64,000 nucleotides of DNA, from the NCBI GenBank assembly GCA_028819255.1, contig JAPPMB010000167.1, positions 27,656 to 91,655 on the forward strand, in the 5' to 3' direction. Shown piece after piece: positions 37,338 to 49,541 of this stretch. A model generated the notes under the pieces. It was given only the letters and a program-made list of their open reading frames with translations, did no database searches and was not told where the DNA came from. Numbering within the stretch: the stretch's first letter is position 1; the number at the start of each line of letters is the position of its first letter. The position numbers were made by a program, and so were the translations under genes. The DNA is from Bryobacterales bacterium. Lineage in GTDB: Bacteria; Acidobacteriota; Terriglobia; Bryobacterales; UBA6623.

Positions 37338-38615
37338 CTAGCGAACCTCCCGATAGCCGGAACTGGCCGTCAGTTCGCCACTCCGGACGTTCACGAACCA
37401 GGCTGTTGCCGCGTCAGGCAATTCGGCTGTCACCTGCCAGTTCGCACCCTCCCGTGAGAGCTTCGCGGGAGATTGGACCCACTCCCGGAACCCCGTGAAG
37501 CCCGAATCGCCGGTCCAGACCACCGAGGCGCTGTCAAGGGGTTTGGCGGACCTCATCTCGACGCGCAAGCTGCCGTTGGCGAGACTCGACACCACCTCGG
37601 AATGCCAGGGCTTTCCCAGGCTGACGACACTGTCGGCGAAAGCATAGCTGTCGGGAGGACTCCAGCCGGCCCTGTGGCTGTGCCCCATTCCGGGGATCAG
37701 AGAAACCATGTTCGCCCCCGGGGCCGAGCGGTAGCACGCTGCCTGGCAGTCGAGCGGAAAGGCCTCGTCGCCGGGCCACGAGAGCCACAAGACAGGTGTT
37801 AGCACCCGATTGATGCGCACCATCGGATCCCAGACCTCGCGGTAGAGCCGATTGCCGCCGAGGGCTTCGCCCCAGTGGTTGGCGGAGTCGAAGAGGTGCC
37901 CGCACCCATAGGTGGGAATCGCAAATGCGAATCTCGGGTCGATGCCAATGACTGTGCTGACAATGACGCCGCCCCACGAGATGCCCATGATTCCGACCTT
38001 GTCGGGATCGATTTGCGGCAAGGACCGCAGCAGAGAATTCGCAAGCACGGCGCCCGCCACCGCGTGGTACATCCACTGGTCCGTCAGCGGCTCCGAGGAG
38101 TCGGCGTAGATCCCCTGCCGTGAAGGGCCCGGCCACGCATGTCGCTTCCAGGAGCGTCTGGCCCCTGCCGGGACATCCTCCGCCTCGTCAGTCTGGCCTT
38201 CGACAGCGATCGAAATCGCGGCATAGCCGCGTTTGGTCCAATTCGCGACCCACTCCCGAAAGGCCGTGCCACCCCCGCCATGGATGAGCACGATGGCGGG
38301 AAGCATGCCGTTGCCGTTCCCCGGCAGGCCCAGCCAGGCGAAGACGCGGGTGGGTCGGCCTTTCCATGTCAGTCCGTCGAAGTAGATCGCTTCGATGCTG
38401 CCGTCGCCGACAAAGCCGGCAGCAGGGTATCGGGCTGGTGGATCCGTCAGATTTCCAAGTTCGAGCACCAGTCGGCGTTCCTCGCTGAAATCTTCCGCGG
38501 CCCCGGAGCCCGCCACTGCGATCAGCAGCGCCATCAAGAACTGGAACGTTCTGCCCGTCACCTCCTGGAGCCTCGCAGGCGCCGCCACGCGGCGGCCTTG
38601 ATCAGCTTCACACAT
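37338..38615 (-). CDS. secreted alpha/beta-hydrolase (esterase-like)
   Basis: LPAIVLIHGGGGTAF and the GIMGISWGG nucleophile elbow, with a hydrophobic signal (FQFLMALLIAVAGSGAAED). The start is uncertain (ATG 38615 or a later Met). Confidence 0.75.
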   Translation of the reverse strand: MCEADQGRRVAAPARLQEVTGRTFQFLMALLIAVAGSGAAEDFSEERRLVLELGNLTDPPARYPAAGFVGDGSIEAIYFDGLTWKGRPTRVFAWLGLPGNGNGMLPAIVLIHGGGGTAFREWVANWTKRGYAAISIAVEGQTDEAEDVPAGARRSWKRHAWPGPSRQGIYADSSEPLTDQWMYHAVAGAVLANSLLRSLPQIDPDKVGIMGISWGGVIVSTVIGIDPRFAFAIPTYGCGHLFDSANHWGEALGGNRLYREVWDPMVRINRVLTPVLWLSWPGDEAFPLDCQAACYRSAPGANMVSLIPGMGHSHRAGWSPPDSYAFADSVVSLGKPWHSEVVSSLANGSLRVEMRSAKPLDSASVVWTGDSGFTGFREWVQSPAKLSREGANWQVTAELPDAATAWFVNVRSGELTASSGYREVR

Positions 38616-38820
38616 TCCGAACTCCGGGGCATCCGGGACAGGAGGCTCCCTGGCAAGGAAGGAACACGGACCACGTACCGATTCCTCCAAAGGCTCTTCA
38701 GACTCTCGGGCACGGAGCCGTCCACCCCTCCATCGCCGGACCGAAAGCGCTCACATGCCGCTGGCGGACCTTGCAAGGAATACGCTTACTCGTCTAAATT
38801 TTGCGCTACAGCACAGGTAA

Positions 38821-39000
38821 ATCCTTGATTATTAGAAAATTAAATGAAGACAATATACACCCTATATGAGGATTTATATGCAAATATATATTACTGTCAT
38901 GTCGCGAATCTAATCTCTCATTGTTATACGATTCATATGAGAAGATAAGGGTGACATCAGACTCCATGTCAGCTGAAACTCGTCTTCTTGTAATAGTTTC
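38821..39000. other. AT-rich island (58 G+C of 180 nt counted = 32% G+C)
   Basis: Counted directly from the sequence. The flanking DNA is about twice as G+C-rich. It contains TA-rich runs (atatgaggatttatatgcaaatatatatt) and a 6-bp inverted repeat, TGACAT-8 nt-ATGTCA. Confidence 0.8.
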
Positions 39001-39083
39001 CTAGTCACAATCACGCTTGTTCAGCTCCCGTTACGCTCGCTTTCCGAGAATGCGCTCGATAACTACGGAATCCAGGCGCCCAG

Positions 39084-39470
39084 CGATGTCGCGTGGCAGA
39101 GTCTTCTTTCTCATGGAACTTGCGGGCAGGTTCGGAACGGAAGACAATTGCCGGGACTGTCTCGAATCGCCGCGCCGGCCGCGAGGCAGCGCCGCTGCCC
39201 GCCCCGCACGACGGCTGGGAGAGAATGGGCAAACTGCGCTCGCGGCCGCAAAGCGACTGCCCGGCCCGTCGCTAGCTGTTCAGCGGGACAGCGGGAAGCA
39301 TCCTGCGCAGTCCCCACCTCCGCTGTGCGTGTAGCCGGTCGAAGTCTGTCCAATGATGGAGTCCGCAAGGCAATCCCTGCCAATCAGATGCTCCCTGTGC
39401 CTTTGCAGATCCGGGAAGGCTGGACGCGATTGGGCCATGGCGAACGCCCAAGAGCTCAGGGATCCTGTTG
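39084..39470 (+). pseudogene. possible IS1595-family transposase N-terminal (zinc-ribbon) remnant, frameshifted
   Basis: MSRGRVFFLMELAGRFGTEDNCRDCLESPRRPRG resembles the conserved IS1595 N-terminus (..L.EL...F.TEE.C..YLE..RWP.G). A shifted frame continues RCPPR...C..G..., with degenerate CxxC pairs. No intact DDE domain was found downstream. Confidence 0.35.
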
Positions 39471-39896
39471 AACAGCCTCAGACGACCTCTGCAAGAGGGC
39501 CGTGACATGGTCCTGGTGGGGATATGAAGTCCGCCCGCGGCAGAAGTCACACCGAAGGAGAGCTCGCGAGGGCCGTTGCCGCGGTTCCCGCGGCGGCCGG
39601 CTTGACGTCTGTCTGAAGGCCAACCCGACGGGTTTAGGGAAATACATTACGTGGCCGCCCTCCGCAGCAACGAGTCACCCCAAAATGGGCGATGGACCAC
39701 CCCCCGGATCCGAATCCCTGCCGTTCGTCGAAGCGCACGCCGCCAGCTCCGACCTCCGCACGCTCCGGATCACCGTCCGTGCGGGTAGATCCGGCAATCC
39801 CTGTGCTCATGGGATGGGATCACAAGCTGTCGCGCCTGGTGCCGCGCACAGTGCTGCCGCCACCTGCCGGGCCGTCGTCGGGAATGCGGGGCTGAC

Positions 39897-39904
39897 GCTA
39901 GAAT
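39897..39904 (+). promoter_or_regulatory. -10-like box GCTAGAAT upstream of lepB
   Basis: Exact 8-mer located 46 nt before ATG 39950. The same 10-mer, cgctagaatg, recurs before the decayed lepB copy. Confidence 0.4.
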
Positions 39905-39949
39905 GAACCTTGGCCGGAACCACTCGGTCCGCCATTCGTCCAAGAAGTC

Positions 39950-40525
39950 ATGAAGGACAGTCCAAGCGTGGATCCGGGCTCCGATCGCCGGGAGCCTGAG
40001 CCCGCCGGAACCCTGCGGATGGACTTGAGAGTCTGGATCAGGGACATCCTGCTGTCGCTGACGATTGCCGCCGTCGTCATTGTCTTTCTGTGCCAGCCCG
40101 TCAAGGTCGAGGGCACGAGCATGCTTCCCCACCTAGTAGACGAACAGCGGATATTTGTGAGCAAGATCGCCTACCGATTCGATCAAATCGAGCGAGGAGA
40201 CGTGATCGTGTTCCGATTCCCGGAGGATCCCGCACGCTCATACATCAAGCGCGTGGTCGGTCTTCCAGGCGAAACGGTTGAGATCCGTGGTGGCAGGGTG
40301 TTGATTGACGGGCGGCCCCACTCGGAACCCTACGTGCCAACGCGCTACCGCGACCGCTCCAGTCACGCCCCGCTTCGGGTGGAAGACGGGTCCTACTACG
40401 TGCTCGGGGATCATCGCAACACGTCGAATGATAGCCGCACTTGGGGAACGGTGCAGAGCAGCTTCGTTTCGGGGAAGGCTGTATTCGCGTACTGGCCGCC
40501 GGAGCGCTTCGGCGTCGTCCGCTAG
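39950..40525 (+). CDS. lepB: signal peptidase I
   Basis: TM anchor LLSLTIAAVVIVFL, catalytic VEGTSMLP (Ser), SYIKRVVGLPGE (Lys) and YYVLGDHRNTSNDSR (box E). Confidence 0.9.
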   Translation: MKDSPSVDPGSDRREPEPAGTLRMDLRVWIRDILLSLTIAAVVIVFLCQPVKVEGTSMLPHLVDEQRIFVSKIAYRFDQIERGDVIVFRFPEDPARSYIKRVVGLPGETVEIRGGRVLIDGRPHSEPYVPTRYRDRSSHAPLRVEDGSYYVLGDHRNTSNDSRTWGTVQSSFVSGKAVFAYWPPERFGVVR

Positions 40526-40744
40526 CCCGGCCCCCCGCAGTCGAAGCGGGTGGCCGCGAGTCGGCGGACAAGCCGCTGACAACCCGCCTGGGGCGTCCCG
40601 GGCGATGCGATCTCACAAGCCGCTTCGCCGTCGCAGCGAGGACACCGATCGGTCAGACCATCGGCAGGAGCGGCCGGGGCTCCCAGGCCCGAACGATCGC
40701 CGGCGGCGCCATGCGATCGTGGCGCTCTCACAACACCGAAGATC

Positions 40745-40752
40745 GCTAGAAT
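40745..40752 (+). promoter_or_regulatory. -10-like box GCTAGAAT upstream of the decayed lepB copy
   Basis: Exact 8-mer in the same cgctagaatg context as at 39895-39904. Confidence 0.35.
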
Positions 40753-40831
40753 GGGATCAGGCCGGACTGGATCGCAATCTGTCGAAACTGTCACGGAAAC
40801 CGCGCCTCCGAAAGGTCCGGAGCTTCGGCCG

Positions 40832-41295
40832 ATGCAGCTGATGGACTTCGAGGTCTCGATCCGCGATATTTCGCCGTCGCATTCGATCGCCGCGGTCGTG
40901 ATCGTCTCCTGTGTCAGCCGGTCAAGGTCGAAGCCATGAGCATTCTTCCGCAGGTCGCCGACGGGCAGAAGCTCTGCATCGGCACGATCGCCCGCGACTT
41001 CGACCGCATCAAGCGCGACGACATCTCGAGGTCGTTGGCCGAACGGGTGGCCGGATGCTCCGGCGAGACGGTCGCGGTCCAGAAGGGCGGGGCTTTCAGG
41101 GGGACTCTCGTCAGCGAGCGATACGGGCCGCCTCCCTGCAGAGCTCCTCTTGGACACTCTCCAGGAGTGGTTGATCAGGAGACCTGCCGCATGCCTGTCG
41201 AGCATCACTCCTGGGGGGCCGTTGCCAAAGCAGGCATTGCGGGGAAGACAATGTTCGCTTGCCGGCCTCCAGACGGGTTCGGCGTGGTTCGTTAA
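40832..41295 (+). pseudogene. decayed tandem copy of lepB
   Basis: MDFEVSIRDISPSHSIAAVVIV (compare MDLRVWIRDILLSLTIAAVVIV). After a frameshift it reads LCQPVKVEAMSILPQV...DFDRIKRDDIS...ERVAGCSGETV...MFACRPPDGFGVVR. The catalytic Lys context (YIKRVVG becomes LAERVAG) and box E are lost. Confidence 0.6.
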
Positions 41296-41313
41296 GTCGG
41301 GATTTGTCAACGG

Positions 41314-42444
41314 ATGGGGTTTCCAGCTGTACTCGCGCTTGAGGATGGGCGCTGCTTTCATGGCCAAGGAGCGGGAGCGCGGGGGGAGGCCTCGGGGGAG
41401 GTCGTCTTCAACACCGGGCTGACCGGCTACCAGGAGATCTTCACCGACCCCTCGTACAGCGGGCAGATCGTCGTCCTGACCTACCCTCATATTGGGAACT
41501 ACGGGACCAATCAGGACGACAGCGAGTCGGCTCGACCGCACATCGAAGGGCTGATCGCGCGTGAGTTCTGCCAGATCGCCAGCAACTGGCGGTCCTCGCG
41601 CTCCGCGGAGGAGTTCCTTGCCTCCCGCGGAATTCCAGTCCTCTCGGACATCGACACTCGCGCGCTTGTCCGCCACATCCGCAGGCACGGATCGCTTCGC
41701 GGCGTCATCTCGTCGATCGAGACCGACGAGCGCAAGCTGGTCGAAAAGGCGAGGGCACTGCCGAGCATGGCCGGTCTGGACCTGGCCAGCGGCGTGTCCA
41801 CCAAGGAGCGCTACTCGTGGACCGCGGGCCCGCCGGGCTGCCTGCCATCCTCGCTTCCGCAGGCGGGACCCGAAGACTCGTTCCACGTGGTCGCCTTCGA
41901 CTTCGGCATCAAGCGGAACATTCTGCGGCAGCTTGCGGCCATCGGAGCCAGCGTCACGGTCGTACCCTGCAGCACGTCAGCCGAGGACACGTTGGCACTC
42001 AAGCCCGACGGCGTGTTCGTCTCGAACGGGCCGGGAGACCCCGAGCCCCTGGCCGCCCCCGCGGCGGAGATCCGCAAGCTGGCCGGGCGCGTCCCGATCT
42101 TCGGGATCTGCCTCGGTCTGCAGCTGCTGGGCCAAGCGCTGGGCGGCAAGACCTACAAGCTCAAGTTCGGCCACCACGGATGCAACCACCCCGTGATCAA
42201 CCTCCTGACCAAGAAGGTGGAGATCACGTCCCAGAACCACGGATTCGCACTGGACCCCGACACGCTCGACCCTTCGTCCGTCGAGCTGACGCACATCAAT
42301 CTCAATGACCGGACGGTTGAGGGTTTCCGGAGCCGCAAGGACCCGCTGTTCTGCGTGCAGTACCATCCGGAGGCCGCACCGGGGCCCCACGACTCGCGCT
42401 ACCTGTTCGAGGAGTTCCGTGACCTGATGCGGGACTTCTCGTGA
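41314..42444 (+). CDS. carA: carbamoyl-phosphate synthase small (glutaminase) subunit
   Basis: [13 protein letters not shown]...[37 protein letters not shown], with GICLGLQLL (catalytic Cys) and QYHPEA. Confidence 0.95.
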   Translation: MGFPAVLALEDGRCFHGQGAGARGEASGEVVFNTGLTGYQEIFTDPSYSGQIVVLTYPHIGNYGTNQDDSESARPHIEGLIAREFCQIASNWRSSRSAEEFLASRGIPVLSDIDTRALVRHIRRHGSLRGVISSIETDERKLVEKARALPSMAGLDLASGVSTKERYSWTAGPPGCLPSSLPQAGPEDSFHVVAFDFGIKRNILRQLAAIGASVTVVPCSTSAEDTLALKPDGVFVSNGPGDPEPLAAPAAEIRKLAGRVPIFGICLGLQLLGQALGGKTYKLKFGHHGCNHPVINLLTKKVEITSQNHGFALDPDTLDPSSVELTHINLNDRTVEGFRSRKDPLFCVQYHPEAAPGPHDSRYLFEEFRDLMRDFS

Positions 42445-42484
42445 GCGCCGCCGTGCCCGGCCCGTCACTTCCCTGAGGCAGAGC

Positions 42485-45703
<3,219 letters not shown>

Positions 45704-45772
45704 CTTCCGGCCCGGCGCGAGTTCCGGTCGGCGGCATGCCGGTCAAGCACGGATTCGCACCGTCGACGGGCC

Positions 45773-45780
45773 GGTAGAAT
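45773..45780 (+). promoter_or_regulatory. -10-like box GGTAGAAT upstream of purH
   Basis: TAGAAT ends 8 nt before ATG 45789, which would give a near-leaderless transcript. Confidence 0.35.
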
Positions 45781-45788
45781 GGTTGTTC

Positions 45789-47339
45789 ATGCTCAGAATC
45801 CGGCGCGCGCTGCTAAGCGTCACCGACAAGTCCGGCCTGGCCGAATTTGCAGCCGGGCTTTCCTCATGCGGGGTGTCCCTGATCTCGACGGGGGGCACAG
45901 CCAGCGTACTGCGCGGGGCGGGCCTCCAGGTCACGGACGTGTCCGACGTCACCGGATTCCCGGAAATGCTGGACGGACGCGTCAAGACGCTCCATCCGCG
46001 CGTCGCCGGCGGGATTCTCGCAGTGCGGTCCAACCCCGAGCACATGAGCGCCCTCGAGAACCACCAGATCGCCCAGATCGACATGGTGGTAGTGAACCTG
46101 TACGCCTTTGAAGCCACTGCCGCCCGCAAGGATGCAACCTTCGAGCAACTGATTGAGAACATCGACATCGGCGGCCCATCCCTGGTCCGCGCCGCAGCCA
46201 AGAACTTCGGCGATGTGGCAGTCGTCACGGACCCGTCCGACTATGCAGCAATTGGAGCGGAGCTTGCCGAACGCGGCGGACTCTCGCGGGACACCCGATG
46301 GAAACTGGCCCGAAAGGCCTTCGGCGCGACAGCGGCGTACGACCGTGCGATCAGCCGAACGATCTCATCCCTGGAGCACGGGCAGGCCCCCCGAAGCATA
46401 GTGAAGGAAGCCCTGCCCGAACGACTGGATCTCCGCGTCCCTCGCGTGCAGGTGCTCCGATATGGCGAGAACCCGCACCAGAAGGCGGCGCTCTACACCC
46501 ACGGCCGCGAGGGATTGGGAGGTGCCCGACAGCTGCACGGAAAGGCGCTCTCGTACAACAATCTCGTGGATCTTGACGCCTCATGGCAGCTTGCCCTGGA
46601 ATTCGAACGACCGGCTGTGGCGATCATCAAGCACACCAATCCATGTGGCTGTGCCGAGGGCGCCACGCTCGCCGAGGCCTACCGCAAGGCGCTCGAATGT
46701 GATCCCGTCTCAGCTTTCGGCTCAGTGATCGCGACCAGTCGCCGGGTCGACCGGGACACGGCCGCCGGAATGGCCAGGCTCTTCGTGGAGGCGATAGCCG
46801 CCCCGGGATTCGACGGCGACGCACTCGAGATTCTCACGAGAAAGAAGAACATTCGGCTCCTTGAAATAGGCCGATCTGCGCCCGGCACTGTTCTCAGGAG
46901 CATCTCGGGTGGATTCCTGATCCAGTCCGAGGACCGGACCGAGGAAGGGCAGGAGCGATTCGATGTCGTCACAGAGCGGCAGCCGACGGAGGAGGAGGCG
47001 GACTCCCTCCGATTCGCGTGGAAAGTGGTCAAGCACATCAAGTCGAACGCCATCCTCTACGCCAAGAACGTTCAGACTGTCGGCGTGGGGGCCGGTCAGA
47101 TGAGTCGTGTCGATTCGGCCCGCCTCGGAGCTGCCAAAGCTGTCCTGCCGCTGAAGGGCAGCGTGGTGGCATCCGATGCGTTCTTTCCTTTTGCGGATGG
47201 CGTCGAGGAGCTGGCCAAGCACGGCGCAACGGCGGTGATCCAGCCTGGCGGCTCCCGGCGCGACGGGGAGGTCATCGAAGCCGCCAATCGCCTAGGCCTC
47301 GCAATGGTCTGCACGGGAGCGCGGCACTTTCGGCATTAG
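45789..47339 (+). CDS. purH: bifunctional AICAR transformylase / IMP cyclohydrolase
   Basis: From ATG 45789: [17 protein letters not shown]...LISTGGTA...[15 protein letters not shown]...NLYAFE...[15 protein letters not shown]...GGSRRD. Confidence 0.95.
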   Translation: MLRIRRALLSVTDKSGLAEFAAGLSSCGVSLISTGGTASVLRGAGLQVTDVSDVTGFPEMLDGRVKTLHPRVAGGILAVRSNPEHMSALENHQIAQIDMVVVNLYAFEATAARKDATFEQLIENIDIGGPSLVRAAAKNFGDVAVVTDPSDYAAIGAELAERGGLSRDTRWKLARKAFGATAAYDRAISRTISSLEHGQAPRSIVKEALPERLDLRVPRVQVLRYGENPHQKAALYTHGREGLGGARQLHGKALSYNNLVDLDASWQLALEFERPAVAIIKHTNPCGCAEGATLAEAYRKALECDPVSAFGSVIATSRRVDRDTAAGMARLFVEAIAAPGFDGDALEILTRKKNIRLLEIGRSAPGTVLRSISGGFLIQSEDRTEEGQERFDVVTERQPTEEEADSLRFAWKVVKHIKSNAILYAKNVQTVGVGAGQMSRVDSARLGAAKAVLPLKGSVVASDAFFPFADGVEELAKHGATAVIQPGGSRRDGEVIEAANRLGLAMVCTGARHFRH

Positions 47340-47640
47340 CTGGCCGAGACACAGCAGGGTCATCACGTGGCACCCGAAAAGGTGCTGCCGGGGCACAACG
47401 AGATGATCCCCAGATGAGGTAGTCGATCGATCGATGGACTCCTGCAGGATTCGCTGATATGAACAAGCGCGATTCCGCACGGACTGACCGACTCCTGTGC
47501 GCCCGCAGATTTGGCCTACACACGATTCTCTTCCCCGCGCATTGGGAAGCATGCTGATGCGATAGGGGCGGTGAGAGAATGTCGTCGTACACAAGCGGCC
47601 AACGGGAAGGGAGTGGCTGAGACGCATCCGCGATGCAGTC

Positions 47641-48051
47641 TTGATGGGGGTGATCTGGGCCGTGGTATGGGCACCGGTCGGCGTTCTGGTCGGGCTGATC
47701 GTGGATCCTGACGAGTCCATGGATGAGATGGGGGTGGCGATCGGGGGGCACCCCGGCTTCCTTTGCGGCGCCGTCTTCTGCATAGTCGTTGGGGGTGCCA
47801 GGGGCCACCGCAGATTCGATGAGTTGTCATTTTCGCGAGTGGGTGCTTGGGGCGCAGCGAGTGGTCTGCTGGTTGGCGCGCTTCCGTTCGTTGGTCTGGC
47901 CTCAAATGAAGACGGGGGCCACCGTGGGCTGCTGCTGGGTGTGCTCATCATCACGTCCTTCGCCCTACTGAGTGCGGCGTCGGCCACTGGGTTACTGGCA
48001 CTAGGCAAATGGTTGAGGCGTGAGAATGGATCCACGCTGGTGTTCAGGTGA
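47641..48051 (+). CDS. small integral membrane protein (about 4 TM), unknown function
   Basis: Hydrophobic segments VIWAVVWAPVGVLVGLIV, FLCGAVFCIVVGG, AWGAASGLLVGALPFVGL and LLLGVLIITSFALLSAASATGLLAL. The long antisense ORF 47292..48122 has an implausible S/P/T/R-rich composition. Confidence 0.5.
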   Translation: MMGVIWAVVWAPVGVLVGLIVDPDESMDEMGVAIGGHPGFLCGAVFCIVVGGARGHRRFDELSFSRVGAWGAASGLLVGALPFVGLASNEDGGHRGLLLGVLIITSFALLSAASATGLLALGKWLRRENGSTLVFR

Positions 48052-48624
48052 CCGAGGTGTGCCCGCTGGAGGTGGGGCGCACGTGCCCGACTGTCGCGAT
48101 GCAAAACTGGTAGGAGAGCCAAGGATTGGGTCGGGCATCCGGATGCCGAGCGACAGATCCCGACTCAGAGACCCGTCGCAGCGCCGCTCCCAGCAGACAT
48201 GACCGGCCGTTCCCGCCTCTCTCGGGCGTCGAATGATCGATCGTGCGCAGTGTCCTGGCACAGCGCTGATCTTCACTGCATTAGCAGGCAATCCGGTGGG
48301 GGAAGCCGCGGACCCGTCAAGGTGTCGTGGTGCCAATACTCACTGATGGCCCCCTCATTGAGAGCGTGGCGAAATTGCCTGTCCACCATCGTGAAAACCC
48401 ATCCCGGCTGGCACTTGTTCGACCCCGTTGCCTCCGGAACCTTCCAACCGACCGAGACCTCTTTCCGCGGAAAGATGGAACGGACGGGACACATGCGGAT
48501 CCTCCTGCGTCTCCGAACACAGAGGTGTCGGCTCTAGAAACCTCCGGTCCGGCTGTTGCACACCCACCGAGCGCTGGCTTGGGCCCGCCCATCCCGCGAG
48601 GATCCGAGCAAGATGCCCCGGAGG

Positions 48625-49314
48625 TCAGCGTCCGGCGATCTGTGGCAGCCCCCACCATGGTGGCTGCATGCCTGGAATCCCAGGTGTCCGGCCCTGCAAA
48701 GGTTGTCGGTCCTGGCTAGGATCTTGTGCGGTGGTCTGTCCGGCGCCGGACAACGAGATTCCTGGCACGGCGAAGGAAAACGGTCCGCCAAAGCCAAACA
48801 GGCCGAACGGACTGAGACCGATCGGGAAACCGCCTTCCGTCTCGATCAAGTTGAACCGGATGGCCTCCCACGCAGCGAACTGCAGTTTGTGCGCCTCCTC
48901 AAGACGACGCAAGGCCAGCTTCTGGCTCGCACTGAGGAGCGCCATCGCCGCCGCTCGATGCTTGGCGTTGACGGTCGCCATTTCCTCGTAGATCTGCTTC
49001 AGATCCTCGAACAGCACCGTGACCATCGCCTCGTTCGGATCGGAGCCGCGCAGGTGGCGTCGCAGTTCCCATTGCTTTTCCATCTGGGCTTGCAGGAGAG
49101 GAAACATGTCGTCCTCGCGGGCGAAGTCGACTTCCTCCAGCCTCTTGACTTGCATTTCATTCAGCGCAAGCACGTCGTGAAGGGTCGCGGGGCACCCGAC
49201 CGGGGCCGGCCCGGACTCGACAGGAAACCCCGTCAGACAGTCGCCGATCAACTCCTGGCCGGGAGCGGCACCCGCGACGACAAGCAACGCGCATAGCAAG
49301 ACGTTCTTCTTCAT
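48625..49314 (-). CDS. secreted Spy/CpxP-like (LTxxQ-type) periplasmic protein with Gly/Phe/Pro-rich tail
   Basis: AGGAAAGGAAATCAACA precedes the ATG. Signal peptide MKKNVLLCALLVVAGAAPG. Two LxxxQ helices (LNEMQVKRLEE; LSASQKLALRRLEE). The family call is tentative. Confidence 0.55.
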   Translation of the reverse strand: MKKNVLLCALLVVAGAAPGQELIGDCLTGFPVESGPAPVGCPATLHDVLALNEMQVKRLEEVDFAREDDMFPLLQAQMEKQWELRRHLRGSDPNEAMVTVLFEDLKQIYEEMATVNAKHRAAAMALLSASQKLALRRLEEAHKLQFAAWEAIRFNLIETEGGFPIGLSPFGLFGFGGPFSFAVPGISLSGAGQTTAQDPSQDRQPLQGRTPGIPGMQPPWWGLPQIAGR

Positions 49315-49541
49315 TGTTGATTTCCTTTCCTAACTGACGATGGAGGGACTCTCCGATACGGCAATTATATGGGGCGCTCGCGGAGCCTTGGCGCGTGTTG
49401 GCGGCGCACCGAGGTGCGACGCGCCGAATGCTCACTGGCTGCAGGCACGCCGCGGCGGCCCCACGGAATGTCGCGCCTGCGCGATGGCCCTCTTGCGGCT
49501 CGGCTCTCGACGGCTGGCGGGAATGGGCTGGTCGCCCGATC

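Noticed and set aside
38844-38948. 34-codon ORF inside the AT-rich island as a real gene.
   Set aside because: There is no Shine-Dalgarno sequence. Its composition simply mirrors TA-rich DNA, and it is too short to evaluate without expression or conservation data. It is kept only as a note within the island finding.
13041-41886. Other long antisense ORFs: 13041..14405, 17128..18300, 19046..20737, 28145..29767, 32399..33598, 40522..41886, 43070..44233.
   Set aside because: Each lies opposite a gene with unambiguous family motifs (YHYH, sulfatases, DUF1552, carA/carB). None shows a recognisable domain.
48273-48494. 73-aa minus-strand ORF (MCPVRSIFPRKEVSVGWKV…) in the slightly lower-GC spacer at 48.05-48.6 kb.
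   Set aside because: No recognisable motif or ribosome-binding site, and competing ORFs exist on both strands. There is not enough evidence to call it.
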